DNA of 20,000 nt, taken from positions 50,523 through 70,522 of the forward strand of contig CAYVYK010000010.1 of assembly GCA_964455675.1 (NCBI GenBank), in the 5' to 3' direction. This stretch comes from an uncultured Methanosarcinales archaeon (lineage in GTDB: Archaea; Nanobdellota; Nanobdellia; Woesearchaeales; CAYVYK01). A program made the translations under genes and the position numbers. The notes beneath the pieces were generated by a model. It searched no databases and was not told the origin of the DNA. It saw only the letters and a list, made by a program, of their open reading frames with translations. Below are positions 17,901-20,000 of this stretch, piece by piece (within the stretch, counting starts at the first letter, position 1; the number at the start of each line of letters is the position of its first letter).

Positions 17901-18251
17901 ACTCTGTGCGGATGAATCAAGAACATACTCTCGGGCGACTGAACCGCCGCTCAGGACGCGAATCTTGTATTCTTGGCTTCCGTCCGTGTAGTCAGGTGAT
18001 GGGCATCCTGGGCAGTCTCCGTTTGTTACCCTACTTGTCGAGTCCATGCAAAACTCAAGGGTTACAGCTGGTCTTCCATTCTGCGCGGGAAACGAGGCGC
18101 TTGGCACACGTGAATCCCCGCATATCCAAATATCATCATACTCAAAGGGAATCGCATGGACGGACGAACTTGTTAATGAAAAAAGAGCCACAGAAATCAC
18201 AAGCATGACAAGCACAGGAAAACATATTCGGTTTACGCCTTGATTTACCAT
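14979..18251 (-). CDS. Large secreted Cys-rich protein (1090 aa): MopE-type metal-binding repeats, Ig-like domain, degenerate peptidase M64-like C-terminal domain
   Basis: Signal peptide; repeats CDGKDNNCNGQTDE, CDTAPYNDEDCDGSSNE, CDTLDNDCNGEIND, DEDCDRVVNE; DTTPP Ig domain; PFDTYQNKVNVWRL is M64-like. Confidence 0.88.
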   Translation of the reverse strand: MVNQGVNRICFPVLVMLVISVALFSLTSSSVHAIPFEYDDIWICGDSRVPSASFPAQNGRPAVTLEFCMDSTSRVTNGDCPGCPSPDYTDGSQEYKIRVLSGGSVAREYVLDSSAQSVGKASCSGDPYTYPEVDDSDGSGQNGVFYRIGNKLYFKMHLKTFICRGNPVDDAGVWYCSNRDWGTVQNWDFTQEIQYPGINDFFPPDPTHPCQSGGACCASSTSYRADNAVCVPDQWEYRTVSCTAGGGMPGTKTQKGKKTCSGNSPSCTEAPITWEDTSGCIASGCGDCSPGATQGCDSRPGVCEQAIKTCRSDYCWGSCVYPADYITASTEVGHCDGKDNNCNGQTDEGNTWQGIPKGGACTEGVGDCARSGTVVCTSGGGVDCSATPAAPGTETCDTAPYNDEDCDGSSNENPPCQCNQGETRLCDLSDNPECIAEGASCACYNDLETCQCGGGSCFWPGCGAPQYGSGYSTSELCDTLDNDCNGEINDGSADFYDACQVACEGDGNYYLSSTSRCCGDNFEEEPSWDTGIWGTEMCSYQDLGGGVIDYYAYSYLSPPSPSPLIPQWDEDCDRVVNEGYPCKDVCLPVTGSDPRGVLENGCYPEDFRPYRCLRDDPNPDFWRGVIVNDCTTCGCQSGYTCNPGTGACDETQGDTTPPDLTSFGVNPTIVTKDVSGYVDSILFTIGMTDDTSGVDPSTIQVQWKYYAAEPAAGSIPPGTAFDGSVHYSSPWQVAMGDTFTNTWDYQAGYTEFQSAGWYVFKVTAQDYADNWLEGESAGVIIDDEPSTQFVQVVLGGSVCTRLHTASLESSQAVYDYWILSSDFANPSADWNKFVDFTTQANTQMMAAPPFDTYQNKVNVWRLNIPSQGEGGSELTCYSVDGVGSYIKAQNRYKLPTSYYPAAYCEMSGQTTALLLSCLAQTAPPQDCSTYPDPKPNYCRNIENSDSRYADKIIAVWNSDAAYATSGWANYMDLAFPSSMTTTQAVTEFKKYLGTTMGLLPYSYYTTAPEPPGLVNTLSDVGQTCDTHPESRDPCMACDPSENTFAGCELKNHWNCVRRNDVPSPLDKWTCTGDYNVLDYPYMQYEFSTKQ

Positions 18252-18269
18252 GTGATGCGAAACCGCCGT

Positions 18270-18352
18270 GATTTAAGTATATAAACATTTTGATTTATGA
18301 AAGATTCCCTGTGGATGTGCGACGTGGATCGTTCTGCAAATAAATTTATACT
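18270..18352. promoter_or_regulatory. Divergent TATA promoters for the Cys-rich operon and the lgt-like gene
   Basis: Minus strand TTTATATA at 18279-18286, about 28 bp before ATG 18251. Plus strand AAATAAA-TTTATA about 23 bp before ATG 18374. Confidence 0.6.
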
Positions 18353-18373
18353 CATGTGGATATTATGTGAAAT

Positions 18374-19243
18374 ATGTCGTGGCTGTTTCCCGTGATTACC
18401 GAGCTGCAATTAGGCTCTCATGGCGTGCATGTATTTTACATTACGACAATTCTCACGATGGTGGTAGCCGCGATTCTGGTCTATATATATGCAAGAAGGC
18501 TGCATGAGCAACGGTGGAAGGTCATCGTCGCTATGTTTCTTCTGGGGCTTGGAATAATATACGGCGCAAAGGTATTCTCTCTCTTCGGGCCATGGGGCTG
18601 GCGATCAAGCGCTCCATTGCTTGAGAGAATTGTGTGGACGTTAAATCCCCTCTCGCCTGGACTCGTACTGTGGGGAGGTATTGTTGGCGCCATTATAATG
18701 CTCGTCGTGAGTAGAAAACTCCTTCATCCCAAGGGAACGCTCGGTGAGCACATGGATATTTTTGCGTTCGCGTTCCCGGTTGCTCTCCTCATCGCCCGTA
18801 TCGGTTGCCTTTTCATTAATGATCATCCTGAGAAGGTCACGACGCTTGCCTATGGCTGGGTGAGGTTTAGCGATCCAGGCATGCTGCCCTTTGGCCTCAC
18901 AAAGAACGCGCCGTCCTACGTTCTGGAAAACGCAACGCACCCGTCGGTGCTCATCTACGTGATCACGATGCTCATCATCTCCGTCTGGATGTGGAAGTGG
19001 TATGCTCGTCCTCGCCCTTTCGCAGGCGCCCTTTTTGTACTCTCACTCAGCATCTACGCGATCACGAGGTTCCTGAACGAATTCTTGAGGATGTATGATT
19101 GGTACTTCCTTGGCCTCACTGCTTCACAGTATGTGTCGCTTGGCATGCTCGCGGTATGTATCTATATAATATACAAGAAAGGATTCACGCCGCTAAGTTT
19201 CTTGAAAGCAATGTTTCATCCGCAGAAGTCCGCTTCCGGATGA
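18374..19243 (+). CDS. lgt: Prolipoprotein diacylglyceryl transferase (Lgt) family membrane protein
   Basis: About 7 TM helices; GLVLWGGIVG, IARIGCLFINDHP, HPSVLIY, YAITRFLNEFLR, GLTASQ match Lgt motifs. Confidence 0.85.
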   Translation: MSWLFPVITELQLGSHGVHVFYITTILTMVVAAILVYIYARRLHEQRWKVIVAMFLLGLGIIYGAKVFSLFGPWGWRSSAPLLERIVWTLNPLSPGLVLWGGIVGAIIMLVVSRKLLHPKGTLGEHMDIFAFAFPVALLIARIGCLFINDHPEKVTTLAYGWVRFSDPGMLPFGLTKNAPSYVLENATHPSVLIYVITMLIISVWMWKWYARPRPFAGALFVLSLSIYAITRFLNEFLRMYDWYFLGLTASQYVSLGMLAVCIYIIYKKGFTPLSFLKAMFHPQKSASG

Positions 19244-20000
19244 TCCATGCATATGTACTTCTTGAGCTCAGCGTTTTCCTTTTGGAGTTGAGTGATTTCC
19301 TGCTGCTGTGCTTGGATTGAGGCAAGCGCTACTCCACCGATGTGTACAGCATTGATGTACTTGGGATCACTTCCAACGCCGAATTCAGTATTGAATTCTT
19401 CCGAGAATGGCCCAATGCCTCGCTCATTCATCCCGATGTATTTGTAGTTGTAGATTGGCAACCGCTCAACTTTAGAGAGAATATCAGCAGGTGAAACCGT
19501 GCTCACATCCTCCTTCACGGTTTTGCTGCTCGCTACACAAGTTGCTGTCCCATCCTGGTTAATAGTGGCAATCCCCCCCGGACATGATGTGCCGACCCGA
19601 CGTTGTAGGCTTGTAGTATCAACATCAGCGTAGGTAATAGTACTAGCCGCAATATCCGCGCCAGTTATTGTACTATCAGTAATCTCCGAAGAAGTGATCG
19701 CCGTGCCAAGCGTTGCATGAACACCAAGACCATCAACAGTAATACCCGTGCCAGCCTCAACGGCTAATGCAGTGCCCACACCATCACCGGACAGGCCGTT
19801 TCCAACACTCACCGACGTAATGCCATTGTCTGTACCATCAGCAAAACCAACAGGAACACCAGTAAGACCAGACCACGGAGCAGCCAAGGCAGACGTCGCA
19901 GCACCACCCTCAGAAGCACTACCAGCATAATTAAACTGCACCTCGGTAGCAGCAACACAATCAGTACACCCTAAATCAGAAGCAGCACCACCCTCAGAGG
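19216..20000 (-). CDS. 3' part of a tail-fibre-like surface protein with a C-terminal peptidase S74 intramolecular chaperone domain (starts beyond the window)
   Basis: Frame is open to the window edge (SEGGAASDLGCTDCVAATEVQFNYAG...). ASSKTVKEDV...LPIYNYKY...IGPFSEEF...ASIQAQQQEITQL is S74 plus coiled coil. Overlaps the lgt 3' end by 28 bp. Confidence 0.88.
   Translation of the reverse strand, partial: SEGGAASDLGCTDCVAATEVQFNYAGSASEGGAATSALAAPWSGLTGVPVGFADGTDNGITSVSVGNGLSGDGVGTALAVEAGTGITVDGLGVHATLGTAITSSEITDSTITGADIAASTITYADVDTTSLQRRVGTSCPGGIATINQDGTATCVASSKTVKEDVSTVSPADILSKVERLPIYNYKYIGMNERGIGPFSEEFNTEFGVGSDPKYINAVHIGGVALASIQAQQQEITQLQKENAELKKYICMDHPEADFCG

Noticed and set aside
18310..18373. 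GTGGAT x3 / DnaA-box-like TGTGGATAT in the lgt promoter
   Set aside because: Too short, irregularly spaced, and archaea lack DnaA. Could be operator sites but this cannot be supported.

Overview
Archaeal DNA (eS6 gene, TATA/BRE promoters, GGAGG/GTGAT Shine-Dalgarno sites, several apparently leaderless genes). Gene content suggests DPANN, probably Woesearchaeota-like; this taxonomy is inferred, not searched. Left part (1-8320): a tightly coupled minus-strand operon of large exported proteins, headed by a class III (pilin-type) signal-peptide protein and continuing off the window. Middle part: rps6e, a parvulin PPIase, an AbrB/PhoU regulator, a ~400-nt structured intergenic region with a 31-bp direct repeat (candidate ncRNA), a family-4 UDG lacking three of its four Fe-S ligands, and a coiled-coil/PAS-like/STAS protein. 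Right part (12559-20000): Cys-rich surface proteins, including an apparently inactive M64 pseudo-protease, a Hint-domain autoprocessing protein and an S74 self-cleaving fibre protein, flanking an Lgt-like lipid transferase. No CRISPR array, tRNA, rRNA or transposase was seen. All domain calls are by eye from motifs.
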